Below the pieces are notes generated by a model. The model did no database searches, was not told the DNA's origin, and saw only the letters and a list, made by a program, of their open reading frames with translations. Shown piece by piece: positions 47,115 to 64,000 of a stretch of 64,000 nt of DNA (position 1 is the stretch's first letter; the number at the start of each line of letters is the position of its first letter). The position numbers were made by a program, and so were the translations under genes. The stretch is from NCBI RefSeq assembly GCF_009914755.1, contig NC_060930.1. One strand, written 5' to 3'. Origin of the DNA: the human T2T-CHM13v2.0 reference genome, Homo sapiens.

Positions 47115-47990
47115 TGGTAATACAAAAAAATACAACCCCTTTAAGAAGTGGGCAAGATACATAAACAGACACTTCTCAAAAGAAGATATATGTGCAGCCA
47201 ATAAACATATGGAAAAAAGTTCAACATCACTGATCATTAGAGAAATGCAAATCAAAACCAGAATGAGATACCATCTCACGCCAGTTAGAATGGTGATTAT
47301 TAAGTCAAGAAACAACACATGCTGGTAAGGTTGCAGAGAAAAAGAAACACTTTTACACTATTGGTGGGAGTGTAAATTGGTTCCACCATTGTGGAAGACA
47401 GTGTGGCGATTCCTCAAAGATCTAGAAACAGAAATACCATTTGACCCAGTAATCTCATGGGTATATACCCAAAGGAATATAAATCATTCTATTATAAAGA
47501 TACATGCACATGTACGTTCATTGCAACACTAATCACAATATCAAAGACATGGAATCAACCCAAATGCCCATCAATGATAGACTGGATAAAGAAAATGTGG
47601 TACACATACACCATGGAATACTATGCAGCCATGAAAAGGAATGAAATCACGTCCTTTGCAGGGACATGGACGGAGCTGGAAGCTGTTTTATCCTCAGCAA
47701 ACACAGAAACAGAAAAACAAGCGAAAGCAGGAGCTGAACAATGAGAACACAGGGACACATGGAAGGGAACAACATGGGGGCCTTTTGGGAGGTGGTACGT
47801 GGCAGGAGGGAGAGCATTAGGAAGAACAGCTAATGGATGCTGGGCTTAATACGTAGGTGATGAGTTATCTGTGCAGCAAACCACCATGCCACAAATTCAC
47901 CTGTGTAACAAACTTGCACACCCTGCACATGTACCCTGGCACTTAAAAGTTGAAAAAAAAAAAAAAAGAAAATATAAATAAAAAAAAATA
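47115..47990 (+). mobile_element. L1PA11/12-like 3' end with A tail
   Basis: ORF 47457-47744 is the ORF2 C-terminus; gctaatggatgctgggcttaatac. Confidence 0.9.
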
Positions 47991-48059
47991 GTACAGCACA
48001 TGAGGATGCCATTCTTTATTTCTTTGTTGCAATGTTATGTTGGCTATTTCAGAAAAGAC

Positions 48060-49490
<1,431 letters not shown>

Positions 49491-49499
49491 TCATATAAA

Positions 49500-50742
49500 T
49501 AAAGTGGAAATACTGTCAAAATACATGAAGGAAAAATTAACAGAGAAGTAAATGGACAAACAGATATACTTGAGATATCGGCACTCTTAATTACTCTCAG
49601 TAATTGATACAAGTTGAAAGAAAATAAATAAAGATCTAGAAGAGTGGAATAGAATTATCAACCAAATTGACCCAGTGGAAATCCAGAAACATTCTATCAA
49701 CAACAGAAAAAGTACTCTTACTTTTTAAGTACACAGAAAACACACATTGAGATAGATAATTTGGTAGACGGTGTAACTAAGTCTCACACATTTTGAAATC
49801 ATTAGAAATATGTTCTTTTACTACAAAATGAATAAATTTAAAATTGACAATAAAAAGATAACTGAAAAATCCACAATCACTTGAAAATTAAGCAACACAT
49901 TACCAAATAAACTCCTTGTCAAAGAAGAAATCACAAGATAAGTTAGCAAATAGTTTGAATTTAATAAAAATAAAAACATGTATTTAGATTTGTGATATAT
50001 TTTGCAAGTAAAGCAGTGCTTAAAAGAAATTTTATAGTGCCAAATTTTTATGAAAATAGTAACGGTCTAATATCAATTATTTAAATTTTTCTCGAGATAA
50101 TAGAAAAAGTAATCAAATTCAATGCAAAGTAAGTAGGAAGAAGAGACTAATAAAGATGAGAATATAAATAATAGAATTAAAACAAACAAATGACAGAGAA
50201 AATTAATAAAAGTACAAGTTTTAGATTTAAAAATATCAATGAATTTGATAAACTCTAGGTAGGTTAATCAAGAAAGGAATGAAACAAATTACAAATATTC
50301 AAAATAAAACAGATCTCACTATGTATCCCAGAACATCAGATGAATAATACAATAACTGTTTATATGGATATTCATGCCAAGAAATGTGACAACTTGAATG
50401 AAATGGACTAATTAATTAGAAGTCTGAAAATTGATACTGAATGAAATAGAAACTTGGATAGCCCTATACCTATAAAAGAAATTGTTTATCATTAAAAATT
50501 TTGCCACAAAGAACTCCAGGCCTAGTTTTATTCTCTGGTGAGCTGTATCAAACATTTAAAAAAAGAAATAATATTTATTCAACCAATATTATTTCTAAAA
50601 ATTATATGAGGAGGGAAAACATCACAATTCATTCCATGAAGTTGTATTATACTGATAAGGAAAACAGAAAAAGACATTCTAGGAAAAATAAATTATAGGT
50701 CAATATTCTTCATGTACCTAGATGTAAAATTCCTCAACAGAA
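49500..50742 (+). mobile_element. Ancient L1M ORF2 fragment
   Basis: gtcaaagaagaaatcacaaga, acaaagaactccaggcctag, ataggtcaatattcttcatg. Confidence 0.75.
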
Positions 50743-51610
50743 CCTCCGTTTTCCACTCCAATATGTAACGAGTTTGTAATCACTTGTATCACTCTGTCCA
50801 CACAAAAAAAAGGGCTGAAAACAGAAAAACAAATCTTCCTAAACCCTTCAAAGAATTAAGATCACAGGGAAACCACTGCCCTCAAAAATGGAGAGACAGG
50901 TAAATACAGAGGATCACAGCTTACTGGGATCAGAAGCCACTAAAGCCAGTAACTTGGCTACAGTAAAACACTCATGGATTATAACAGACTTACAGAACAA
51001 AGACTAATTACAAAGGAGTTTCTAGGGAAATCCAAAGAAAACAGAGAGACAAAAGCAAGGATCTTAGAGGAACTTCAAGTCCCTAACTCTTACAACTACA
51101 ACAAACATGAAACACAGACTAACTCCTAGCCAGATAAGCATAAAACTTCACTCTAAAGGCCCAGTTGCCTCAGTTCCTATTACCTGATACATCATGTCTG
51201 GCTTTCAACCAAAAATGACAAAGCATTCTAAAAGTCATGATAACAAATTGTCTGAAGAGACAGCACAAAATCAGAACAAAGCTCAGATATGGCAGAGATT
51301 TTAGAATTAGCAGACTGGGAATTTAAAATAACCAGGATTAATATGTTAAAAGCTCTAATTGAAAAAGTGGACAAGGTGCAAGAACAGATTGGTAATGTAA
51401 GTGGAGAGAGAACTTCTCAGAATCAAAGGAAATACTAGAGATAAAAAACATTGTAACACAAATGACAAATGCCTTTGATAGGCTGGTCAGTGAACTAGAC
51501 ACAGCCAATGACAGGATCAGTGAACTTGATGACATGTCAGTAAAACCTCCCCAAACGGAAATCCAAAGAGGAAAACAAAGGAGAAGAAATAGAACAGAAC
51601 ATCCAGGAAT
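50743..51610 (+). mobile_element. L1MD-type 5' end and ORF1 start
   Basis: gatcacagggaaaccactgccc, catgtctggctttcaac; ORF 51462 begins with ORF1 coiled-coil-like MTNAFDRLVSELDTANDRISELDD. Confidence 0.7.
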
Positions 51611-51970
51611 CTGTGCACTCATTCCCCAGCTTTTGTATTTTATCCTTTTAATGCTTCACGCTTGCAAACTTCCTCAGAAGATTGCCCCTTGACTCCTAGA
51701 GAGGCTTCAGCCCTCATTATAGTCAGAAATTCCTGGGAGTCTGCATTTCCCTTGTGAAAATAAGAAAGCTTAGCTCCCTTTCCTTACGGCATGACTTGTG
51801 CTCAATAGCTCTTTTGAAGTAAGTTGATGCTAGGAATTGTCTTATCTTTGTGACCATTTGGCTGTTCCTCTTTCCCTGTCCTGTTATTTTTTATTGATTT
51901 CATGTGGCAGTGATTCTCACAACTTGCTTGTACATGAATGTTTATCTCAGAGTCTGCTTTGGGGAAGGTC
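51611..51970 (+). mobile_element. LTR16-family ERVL LTR
   Basis: cagaaattcctgggagt, ttccctgtcctg, cttgtacatgaatgtttatctcagagtctgctttggggaa. Confidence 0.6.
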
Positions 51971-52329
51971 ACATATACATACTGTAATAACTTTTAAAAA
52001 ATGAAAGATGTTTCCTAAATGTCACAAACCTATGTAAGTACGTTTCTGATTATATATTATGCATAATTTCTGTTCTCATGCTTATGGAGAGAGTGAAATT
52101 TGGGTCACAAAATACATGCTTCATGTTTATGTTAAGGTAAAAGGAAAACTCTCTTTTATCTTTATAATCCCTCAAGTTTGAAAATTATGTTTCATTAAAA
52201 GTAGGCACTGTTTTACTTATAAAATATTACAGCAATCGTATAGCCTCATTCCATAGTCATATATAAGGAGTCATACATGTTCAAATGTAAATCAGCATGT
52301 GTTACTTCAAAATAAAATATAAGCAGGAG

Positions 52330-52760
52330 AAATGAGTCTATGAGGTTGCATGTTGATAATAGCTATTTTAATCGTAAAGTCTAAATGTCCATCAGGAAAA
52401 TCTGAGTTAAGAAAATTATAGTAATCCATGTAATAAAATACTATGATCTTTGAAAAGACTGATCAGTTTTATAAATAGTTATATGAATTAATGCCAAGGT
52501 TATATAAGTAAGGAAAAAATCAAGATGTGCAGTAATATTCTAGTATACTATTTTATAAATTATAAGATTTGCATAATATGTATTATGTGTGGATGTTTGT
52601 ATATGCATAGAATATAATGGAAAGTATATAAACAAAATGTGGTAACATATTTATTTGCCTCTTGGGAAAACAAATGAGGAAAAGAAACAATGTGGGAGAA
52701 ATAGGAACATTTACTTATAAATGGAAATTTTTATATACATACATATATATTTATCTATGT
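52330..52760 (+). mobile_element. L1ME 3'-end fragment
   Basis: ctaaatgtccatca, aaattatagtaatccat, aaaatactatg. Confidence 0.55.
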
Positions 52761-53519
52761 AGAGCACATGTATGCATAACTATTGACTGAATGAATATAT
52801 GAATGAGTTGATATGTTTGTAAGTATCTTCAGTTTGTTAGGGATAAAATTCTAATTTGATAGTCCCTCATTTTTTTAAATTTTAAATATGTGCGGGATAC
52901 ATCTGTTATTTAAGAAGCATAATATGAAGGGTGGGTTTTATTATCTAAAAATAGGGAAAGACACCTTATTTCACATTATTCCCAAAATAGAATAAGATCT
53001 GAGTGCATGTGCTGCACCAATAATTATTTTATTTCTTGGCCAAAATGGTCTCTAATGGTCTCTGTATGAGATACAGAGAGAGTTAAGAGGTTTATACCTT
53101 CAGATATGTTCTCATTAAAGGTGAAGGAAGGAGCTTTTGACATAGAGAGGAGATCTTGAGAAGGAAAAGTTTAGATGAATTACTTTGAGCCCTGCGAAAC
53201 CTTTAAGACACTTCATCCCTTGCTAAGTATTGAACTTACATACACCTAAACAGGCATGCTGAAAGATAAGCCCTTGTGATGAACACAATTTGAATTATCA
53301 AGGAATGTTCCTATTGGGGTTGCTTATTACTAATGATTAAAACCTGCCTATTGGAGAGTCTCCCCTTAAAGTGGGGGAAATTCATTGATCAAAGATCAAA
53401 GTCCTGGCTGTAGTAACACATTTAGCTAGCCAGCACAAAACTCTCAAAAACAAGTTTTAACTTTGAATAATGAAGAAAATATCAATGGAATGGGCTCCAG
53501 ACAGGGGGAAATGGCAGAT

Positions 53520-53690
53520 AATTTTATTCATTTATTAATTTAATAAGTAATTTTAGGTTACCTAGTGTCATTCAAAGCACTACATGGGCACTGTGACTAG
53601 TACAAGGTTGAATAAGACAAGGAATCTATCTGTAAGAAATTTTATAGTTTAATGCTTTTCAAGGGAAAAAGAAAAACCCATTACAGGGTG
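53520..53690 (-). mobile_element. L2 3' tip
   Basis: ttcatttatt, caaagcactacatgggcactgtg, tgaataagaca. Confidence 0.5.
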
Positions 53691-54727
53691 AAATAATAGA
53701 GCTAGTACTCTCACAACACCAGTTATAGTCTCAGACTCTTCATAGCCATGCCATCCTGAGGATGGTACCATAGGGTAGAGCATCCTACTCTGGAAGAACA
53801 AATAAGACACTATGGGGAGCAATTATTTATGTCACTTCTTTATTTTTTAATAGTGCATACAAATAAGTAAGCATCTTTAAGACTATATTTTATTCAGTCA
53901 GTCTATATGGATCAGGGAAAACTGGGAAACATTACTCCACATCTGTATTCCTTTGCTAAAAGAGGCTTTGTAGTCCTGACATATTACTTACCTTAAAAGC
54001 AGCAGCAGCATAGATATTCAGCCAGCCAGTGCTAGAAATTTCTCATGACCTGGTTATCTTACTAACAGTTTGTATTTTAGTGAGTACACTGTCGGATACA
54101 GCATCCACTGCTGCTGTTTTCATTTTCCAGCACAGAACTACTGTGCTTTGTTTGTCAAGAATTCTTTCCTGTTGAGATAAAGCCCTGAGGCACACATTCA
54201 ACATGGATGAGTCTTTTGGTACTTTAAGCTGGAGGCCTAATTTTCACAAGATAAAGATAAGCAGGGTTGTAAAAAAAAAATCCATCAAGTATAAACAAGA
54301 AATCATATGCAGACTTTCAAAAATTATTTTTAAATTTCCTGAATTTGTATAGTTTTAAACTTTACCTCAATATGACACTCATGCAAGTTTTCAAAAATTG
54401 AATCAGCAATTCTTCACATCGCTATAGTGTGACATTTTATGAAATATCTGTCTCCCTTTTCTGCAATGATTCACGTAATATGGGAAATATTATGGTGATA
54501 TGAAATTTCTTTGATTTTTTCTAGCAATTTGCCAAGCCATACATGTGCTTTCACTATCAGTACAAAGTGACATGCTATACTAAAGCTTTTTTTTATCCCT
54601 TGGGGGTCTAACTCTTCAAATCAGCATTGTTCAGTTAATATGGGTGTTTAGAAACAAATTGAATGAAAATCGTGCTGGGAATATAATTACTTTATTAATA
54701 CCAATTTAAGACTTTTATTGCTAAGCC

Positions 54728-55029
54728 TTTTTTTTTTTTTTTTTTTTTTTGAGACGGAGTCTTGCTGTGGCCCAGGCTGGAGTGCAGTGGCGCAATCTCG
54801 GCTCACTGAGGCTCCGCCCCTCGGGGTTCACGCCATTCTCCTGCCTCAGCCTCCGGAGTAGCTGGGACTACAGGCGCCCACCACCTCACCCGGCTAATTT
54901 TTTGTATTTTTAGTAGAGACGGGGTTTCACTGTGTTAGCCAGGATGGTCTCGATCTCCTGACCTAGTGATCCGTCCGCCTTGGCCTCCCAAAGTGCTGGG
55001 ATTACAGGTGTGAGCCACCACGCCCGGCC
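54728..55029 (-). mobile_element. AluY, Ye-like
   Basis: T23 tail; 2-bp deletion in gctgtggccc, ggctccgcccctcgggg, cacctc; TSD tattgctaag(c/t)c. Confidence 0.93.
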
Positions 55030-55189
55030 TATTGCTAAGTCTTTTGAATAATCATCATCGTTTTTTCCTCTTAGTTATAATAGCTTCATTTACATATTCA
55101 CCTGGAGATGTTTTCTCTTTCAATTCTTATTTTTGTCTTTCAGATACAAAAATCCATATATAGAACTACTAAAAATCAACAAAATTCAC

Positions 55190-55588
55190 AGACTGGAAAG
55201 GCAGACTCATCAATAAACAGTGATGCATGAGTTGGATATACACATGCAGAAGAAAGAAATTCGACCTTTATCTCAGAACATATATAAAAATCAACTCAAA
55301 ATAGGTTAAAGACTTAAGACTTTAAACTGTAAAACCATTATAAGAAAACAGAGGGTAAATGCCTCTTATCACTTGTTTTAGCAAAGAGTTTTTTAATATG
55401 AACCTGAAAGCACAGGCAACAAAAGTAAACACAGACAAATCTGATTGGCATCAGACCAAAAACCTTCTACAAAGCAAATGAAACAACAGACTTAAGAGAA
55501 CCCATGGAATGGGATAAAGTGCTTTCAAACCATATCTGATAAAGGGTTAATATCCAACATATATAAGGAACTCAAACAACTCAATAGA
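55190..55588 (+). mobile_element. L1M/PB ORF2 fragment
   Basis: aaaatcaactcaaaatagg, atctgataaagggttaatatcc, aactcaaacaactcaatag. Confidence 0.75.
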
Positions 55589-55589
55589 T

Positions 55590-56689
55590 CTGTTGTGAAG
55601 TTTATTCTTATGTATTTTAAAGTTGCTATTACTACTGGAAATGACATATATTTATTATATTTTTATTTGTCAGTTGTTAGTATGCACAATATGATTGATT
55701 TAGGCTTATACAGGCAAAATATATAGCAAACTTCATGAGCTTTTGTTAATTCCAACAATTTGTCAATTGTTCTGAGTTTTTAAAAATACAAGTAATCATA
55801 TAATTTGTAAATGGTGACAGATTTCTTTATTCTTTCTAGTTATTTCTAACTTTTAAATATTTACTTTTATATTTTTGTGCTGCCTAGCCTAACAAATAAA
55901 ACCCATAAGAGCAGATTTGTTTTGATTATTCTTAAATTTAAAGGAGATACTTTTATTATTTCACAATTTGTGGTGATACTTAAGCAGTTTTTGGAAAATA
56001 CCTGTACTTTATCAAATTTAGAAAATTCTGTTTTATTAATAGTTTGCTAAAGTGTTGATTCTTGTATCATTAATGAGTTATACATTTTATCCAATATTGT
56101 TAGGCATCTATAGAGGCTGACAACAAAGTATTTGTTTCTTGAAATTCTACTGTTGAGATGAATTACATAACCAGTCACTTTTCCTATCTTCAATAAATTC
56201 AACTTAATTTTGGTGTATACATGTTTTAATTCAAAGTTTATTTAAGATAGATTTCCAATTTTATTGACATAAATTTTTTCATATGATTTTCCTATAATTT
56301 TTATAGGAGTTTATAGACTTCTATCTTATAATTATTTTATCCATTGTTAAATTTATGTTTTCAAATAAATTTTGCAGAGTTTTGTCTATTTTTATTCTTT
56401 TCAAATAACCAACTTTTGAGTTTATTAACACTTCATATTATATCTTGGTTTTCTAATTCAAATCTATGTATGTTGGCATTACCTTTCTTCATCTTCCTAG
56501 AGTTTTATTCCATTATTCTTTTTCCACCATCTTAAGTCAGACACTTAGCTCGTTAATTTTTATTTTTTTAATAGTATAAGCATTTAAATCAAATACAATT
56601 GTCTACATCTCTACATTTCTTATTTATATTGTGATATCATCTTTGAACAATTGGCTATTTATAAGTATGGCCATCTTTAAGCATTTAAA

Positions 56690-56690
<1 letters not shown>
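55590..56690 (-). mobile_element. Ancient L1ME ORF2 fragment
   Basis: tttaaaggagatact, agtttgctaaag, ttcaaataaccaacttttg. Confidence 0.6.
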
Positions 56691-59238
<2,548 letters not shown>

Positions 59239-59239
59239 A

Positions 59240-60060
59240 TTCTACTGGTATATCTTTTTTTGTTATTTTTTTTCAGGCTGAAGTTCCTTTGTATTTTCAA
59301 AAGTATATGGCTTGGCTGGGCACGGTGGCTCACACCTGTAATCCTAGCAGTTTGGGAGGCAGGGACGGGTGGATCACCTGAGGTAAGGAGTTCAAGACCG
59401 GCCTGGCCAACAAGACAAAATCCAGTGTCTACAAAAAATACAAAAATTAGCTGGGTGTGGTGACGGGCGCCTGTAATCCCAGCTACTCAGGAAGCTGAGG
59501 GAGGAAAATCACTTGAACCTGGGAGGGCGGAAGTTGCAATGAGCTGAGATTGTGCCACTGCACTCCAGCATGGGTGACAGTGTGAGACTCTGTCTCAAAA
59601 AAAAACAAAAAATATATGGCTTGATTTTTTAAAAACCTACTCAGAAAAGTATTGTCACTTAATAGATTAGTTTGGTCTATTTATATTTATTTTATTATAA
59701 ATGTATTTAGATTTATTTCTACTATCTTTATTTATCCTGCTTTTCCTATTCTTGTTTTCCTCCCTTTCAAACTCCAATTGATTATGAAATTATCTTTTGC
59801 TTTTTATTGGCATGCGAATACTGTACTATTACAGTTTACCTTTTTATTATTAACATTGCATTGGGAATTGATGTTTTAAATTATATATATCTTAGTACTT
59901 ACAAAAGCAATCAGTGTTTCTCCACTGGTCTTGGGCATATTAGTACCTTAAATGCTTTTATCTCAAGTAAAAATAATTCTGTTTTAATCATATTGTATTT
60001 TCAATCATTTTTTTCATATTTTTTCAACTTAGCTGAAATATATGTTAGTGCTTTGACCTA
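59240..60060 (-). mobile_element. Ancient L1ME fragment (continuation of the host element)
   Basis: ttggtctatttatattt, tttagatttatttctactatctt. Confidence 0.45.
59314..59608 (+). mobile_element. AluS (Sx/Sz-like)
   Basis: Dimeric Alu; TSD aaaa(g/a)tatatggctt. Confidence 0.95.
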
Positions 60061-61023
60061 GAAAAATAAACTATGTTTGGGTTTTGTTGCACTTTTTAAT
60101 ATTAAGAATCCTAAAAATCAGGGATTCTTTGTGAAAGAAATCTACTTTTCAACATAGTGATTACAATAAATAAAGGCAAGAATATGCGTTTTTATCATCT
60201 TTTCAGTCATCAATCAACATATTCTTGAAAGACAGCTGCTCAAAGACTCATTTAATGTGATCCTGCTAGGCATGGACAGAGCAGATAAAGCCAGCCCATT
60301 TAATTTCAGTTATCTTCCACTATTATGTTTCTGTGACTATCTGCAGAACTGACATGTGAAGATAAATGCAATGAAACCTATTGAAATAGAAATGAGTATT
60401 AGTTGTTAAAATTTAAAGAATAAATGTAACTTTTTATTCTCCAAAGCAAGATTTGTCTAACTAAAAAGAAAAGCACACTATAAAAAAAATTTCTTAAAGA
60501 TAAATTGTATGTAACCCACAGATCAGTCTAAGACCTGGAAAACCATGGAATCAACCAGAGTCATCTCTGCCACTTCTCCATTTTGGACACCAAGTTACAT
60601 GAAGCACATCTATTCTGCTAAGACTGCACTGTGACACTGTTCTCTTCTCATTTATTCTGGACGGACTCATTTCTGTTCAAGTATCTTCGAAAACCTTACT
60701 CATTCCACTAGAGTTTGATTTCTGCCATTTGACCAAAGCAATGGCAAAGAAGTGTTACTACTCTCACAAAACACTGGGTGTTAGAACCTTAATGTTCATG
60801 AGTCCTGAAGTATGCATCACAACCTGGATATAATAGTCACTGGATAAATTAGTTGTTACAAACTGAATTAAATTATTGGTTAGAAAAATTTTAAATAGAT
60901 TTCAATAGTGTGATATATACATGGTAGGATGTTCAGAGAATAACATTTTTTAATATGACAATATTTTAATTAAAATAAATCATGAAGGTCATTAATTACT
61001 CTTCCTTCTTATGAAATCCATTG

Positions 61024-62357
61024 TGTTATAGAACTGTGGTTCTCTCCTTCTTATTGCCCACAGTGTGGCAAGTGGGAAGTTGTTGGGGTCGAGGGTGCTG
61101 GCATGCTTCAGCCAATTCATGTTACAGCTCTTTCAATCCTGCCATCCTGCTCCATCCCCCAGCTCCTGGACTGGCCTGGCCCCACTGCTGCTTCCTGTCA
61201 TGTGGAACAGCTGCCTGGTGCCAGCAAAGGGTGGGAGGGCTATAGTGTTCCAACATCTCTGGCTTAAGGAACCCCGAGATCTGAGCCCCCAGAAGGGTCA
61301 CCGCTCTTCACTCCCACAGTCTTGGAGCACGTCACTGCCCGCAGCTAAGCAAGTGAGCCAGGAACCGTTTCCTGTTACATCTCCTTTCACTCCGGCTGTT
61401 CAGTGGGTCCTGAGTTCTTGTCCCACATCCAGGAAGAATGAGGTTACACAGACAACCAGAGGGTAATCAAGGCAGTGATGAGCTTTAGTGAGAGACAGAA
61501 CAGCTCTCAGGAGACCTGAAGTCAGTGGCTTCTTTCTGCAGGCAGGTTGTCCCAGCAAGTGTGTGATTCTGGCTGATTCTGGGGTTTTAAGTGCTCAGAA
61601 TGGAGGAAATGCATGCTGATTGCTCCATGGGCAACCATGGGCAGGCCTGGAAAGAGCACCATCCAGTTGTCCAGAAGGCATTAATAAAGTTCTCATTCCT
61701 GGTTGTCGACTCCATGTGGAACTGGCAGCCCAACCCCCAGGCTTCAGGTTGTCTCTGGCTTGAAGGTGGGTTTTAACTGGGGATATGCCCCTTCCCACCT
61801 AGGAACCTGTCTGCCTCCAGCCACCATCAACATGCCATTCACAGTACCCAGGCTGTCTGCACCAAGGAAACTCTGCAGGCCCATGCTGAGCCACCCTCAG
61901 CCTGTGCCCCACCACCTCCCTCCTGCACTTTTTGGCACCCAAAGTCTGGAAAGGACCGAGGCAGCAGTGGGGGCTGATGTGTAAGTGCCACCCCGAGTGC
62001 ACACACACCTGGCCAGGTTGCGACAGCACGTGGGCTTAGCTACAACTCCCCAGCTTCCAGAAGCAGGAAAAGGCCAGGGAGTTTGAGCAGGTACTTCTGA
62101 GTCTGCAAGGGCAGGGGCTTGCTGAGCCCCTGAGAGCACAGGGATTCCTGGGACTGGAGCTGTGGCTGGGTGGGTTGCACCTGCACCCTGGAACATGGGC
62201 TCCTGCCCTGGCAACTGAGTAGGGCACAGAGCTCCCACTGAGATCCCTGTTCCCGGCTCCCACCAGCTCCACAGAGCACTCACCTCTGGACGCAACTCCC
62301 TCTGCTGCAGCTGGCATCCCCACAGCGGCCACTCCAGGTGGTCCACTGCCACCATCA
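61024..62357 (-). mobile_element. MER52-family ERV1 LTR
   Basis: GC-rich 1.3 kb; ttcttgtcccacatccaggaagaatgagg; ends gcggccactccagg..ccactgccaccatca. Confidence 0.85.
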
Positions 62358-62981
62358 CAAGTTAAGCAGATTTGGGGTGCAGTCACAAAAGCTAAAACAG
62401 AAAAGGCAATTGAAGTTTGCCTGAGGTGATACGGCAGCCTGTAGAGCTCTACTCAACCTACGACCATGCTGTAAGGTCGCTCTGTAGCCTATTCATGGAG
62501 GGTCAGCAAATATCTCCAGATTCCATTTCCATGCCCTTTCTCTGCCCTGGGATCAGCCCTGATGTCATATGTCTGAATTTTCTTTTAGCTCCCAATCTTA
62601 TTTCACCCCATTTCATCTCCATATTCTGCATTCCAATAGTCTATCCTGCCCATGACAGCACCATGAACTGAGAAAATAAGCACAGCTTTATTATCTAGGG
62701 TCTGGCTTGTCTGTGATGAACGTCCAGACAAGGAATCAGAGAACACTTTAGCTGGCACACTACACCCAACCATTTTAAGCTACAGTCTGTGTCTCCATAA
62801 TAGTGTGTAGAAAATATTCCAAGCCACAAACTATGTGTTTTTCAGAGTAGATAATAGGTAATACATAAATTGAAAATGTGAATATATCTTCCCATTGCAA
62901 CAGGTTCAGCAGATCCTGTAGATACTTTGGGATGATAAGTAGCATAATTACCAATTTAAAACACACCGTCAGTAGTTAGTC

Positions 62982-63510
62982 TTGTTAAATCAAACATTGA
63001 ACTGGGCCAGATTAAACAAAGAAGACTTCAACGCTATTGCAAGAGAGAAGACGGACAAAAACAAAGTCTGAATTCTACTTAGCCAACACAAATGGTGGGA
63101 GTGTATTTATATTCTAGGGGAAGAGAGCGATCATCGGTCATCTGTGTTGCTAATTGGCCTTACCTAAAGGAAACGTAAACTTTCTCATCATTATGACCTG
63201 AGATCATTTTCCATCTTGGAGCAAGATGTGCACTGGAGTTAGGCACCACAGAGACTGGAAGATAGGGAATGATCTTAAGGATTATATTTCAAAGAGATGG
63301 CTCCCAGGTGCTTGAGAAATACATTTCTGGGCTGTCAAACTGGCCAGAGGCTTTTAAAACTATTTACATCAAAGGGGCAGAGAAATAATTTGCAATTACA
63401 AGTTTTCTGAAGAAATGTTCTAAGAAAAGGGAGGTCAGGAACCTAGAGTCAGAAAGAAGTCTGTATGAAGTTTAGTCATGCTGAGAGAAATGCTAAAGCT
63501 ACCTTAACCA
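62982..63510 (-). mobile_element. MER67-family LTR (MER4 group)
   Basis: aaaggggcagagaaa, ctaagaaaagggaggtcagg, aagtttagtca. Confidence 0.75.
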
Positions 63511-63595
63511 GTCTCATTTGCTGGTACTTTAGTTCTCTGAGAAGCTCTTTAATTTCTAGAACTTGTTGATTTTCATACTCAAAATATTCTCCAAT

Positions 63596-64000
63596 TGCCG
63601 AGACCAGCTCGGTGGCAGAGACCCTAACCCAGCGGCGCTAGAGCAATTAAAGACACACACACAGAAATATAGGGTGTGGAGTGGGAAACCAGGGGTCTTA
63701 CCACCTTCAGAGCAGAGAGCCTCAAACAGAGATTTACCCACATATTTATTGACAGCAAGCCAGTCATAAGATTTACTAAAAGTATTCCTTAGAGGAAATA
63801 AAGGGATGGGCCGAAATAAAGGGTTGGGCTCTGACTAGTTATCTGCAGCATGAACATGTCCTTAAGGCACAGATCCCTCATGCTATTGTTTGTGATTTAA
63901 GAATGCCTTAAGCGGTTTTCTGCCCTGGGTGGGCCAGGTGTTCCTTGCCCTCATTCCAGTAAACCCACAACCTTCCAGCGTGGGACAGTCAAGGCTGTCA
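63596..64000 (-). mobile_element. MER9 LTR (HERV-K9/HML-3), running off the window edge
   Basis: tgccgagaccagctcgg..gagaccctaacccagcggcgctagag, ccctgggtgggccaggtgttccttgccctc. Confidence 0.9.

Noticed and set aside
61021-62386. Cluster of overlapping ORFs in a GC-rich stretch, resembling a gene or CpG island
   Set aside because: Entirely within the MER52 LTR; stops are rare only because of GC content.

Overview
This is AT-rich primate genomic DNA, probably human or ape given the AluY and AluYe-like copies. Most of it is interspersed repeats: many L1 fragments (L1PA, L1PB/MA, L1MB-ME), Alus, L2/MIR, LTRs (THE1B, MSTA, MLT1, MER39/34, MER52, MER67, MER9, LTR16/HERV16) and DNA transposons (Tigger13a, Tigger3, MER30, MER58A, MADE1). 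I can support no cellular protein-coding exon; the recognisable ORFs in the track are broken L1 ORF1/ORF2 pieces or repeat-derived noise. The interest lies in the retrotransposition and rearrangement record: (1) a full-length U6 snRNA fused to an L1 that starts just upstream of ORF1 and has an in-frame ORF1-ORF2 deletion; (2) an L1PA7-like insertion whose target-site duplication (TSD) also encloses about 590 bp of 3'-transduced sequence with a complex template-switch structure; (3) a trimeric Alu inside a single TSD; (4) an unrecognised 180-320 bp unit present three times in +/-/+ orientation; (5) a probable 3'UTR-only retrocopy; and (6) a compact RFX/ETS/NF-Y promoter-like motif cluster. Subfamily names come from remembered consensus sequences, and boundaries of old repeats are approximate. 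I found no convincing new biological system beyond these.
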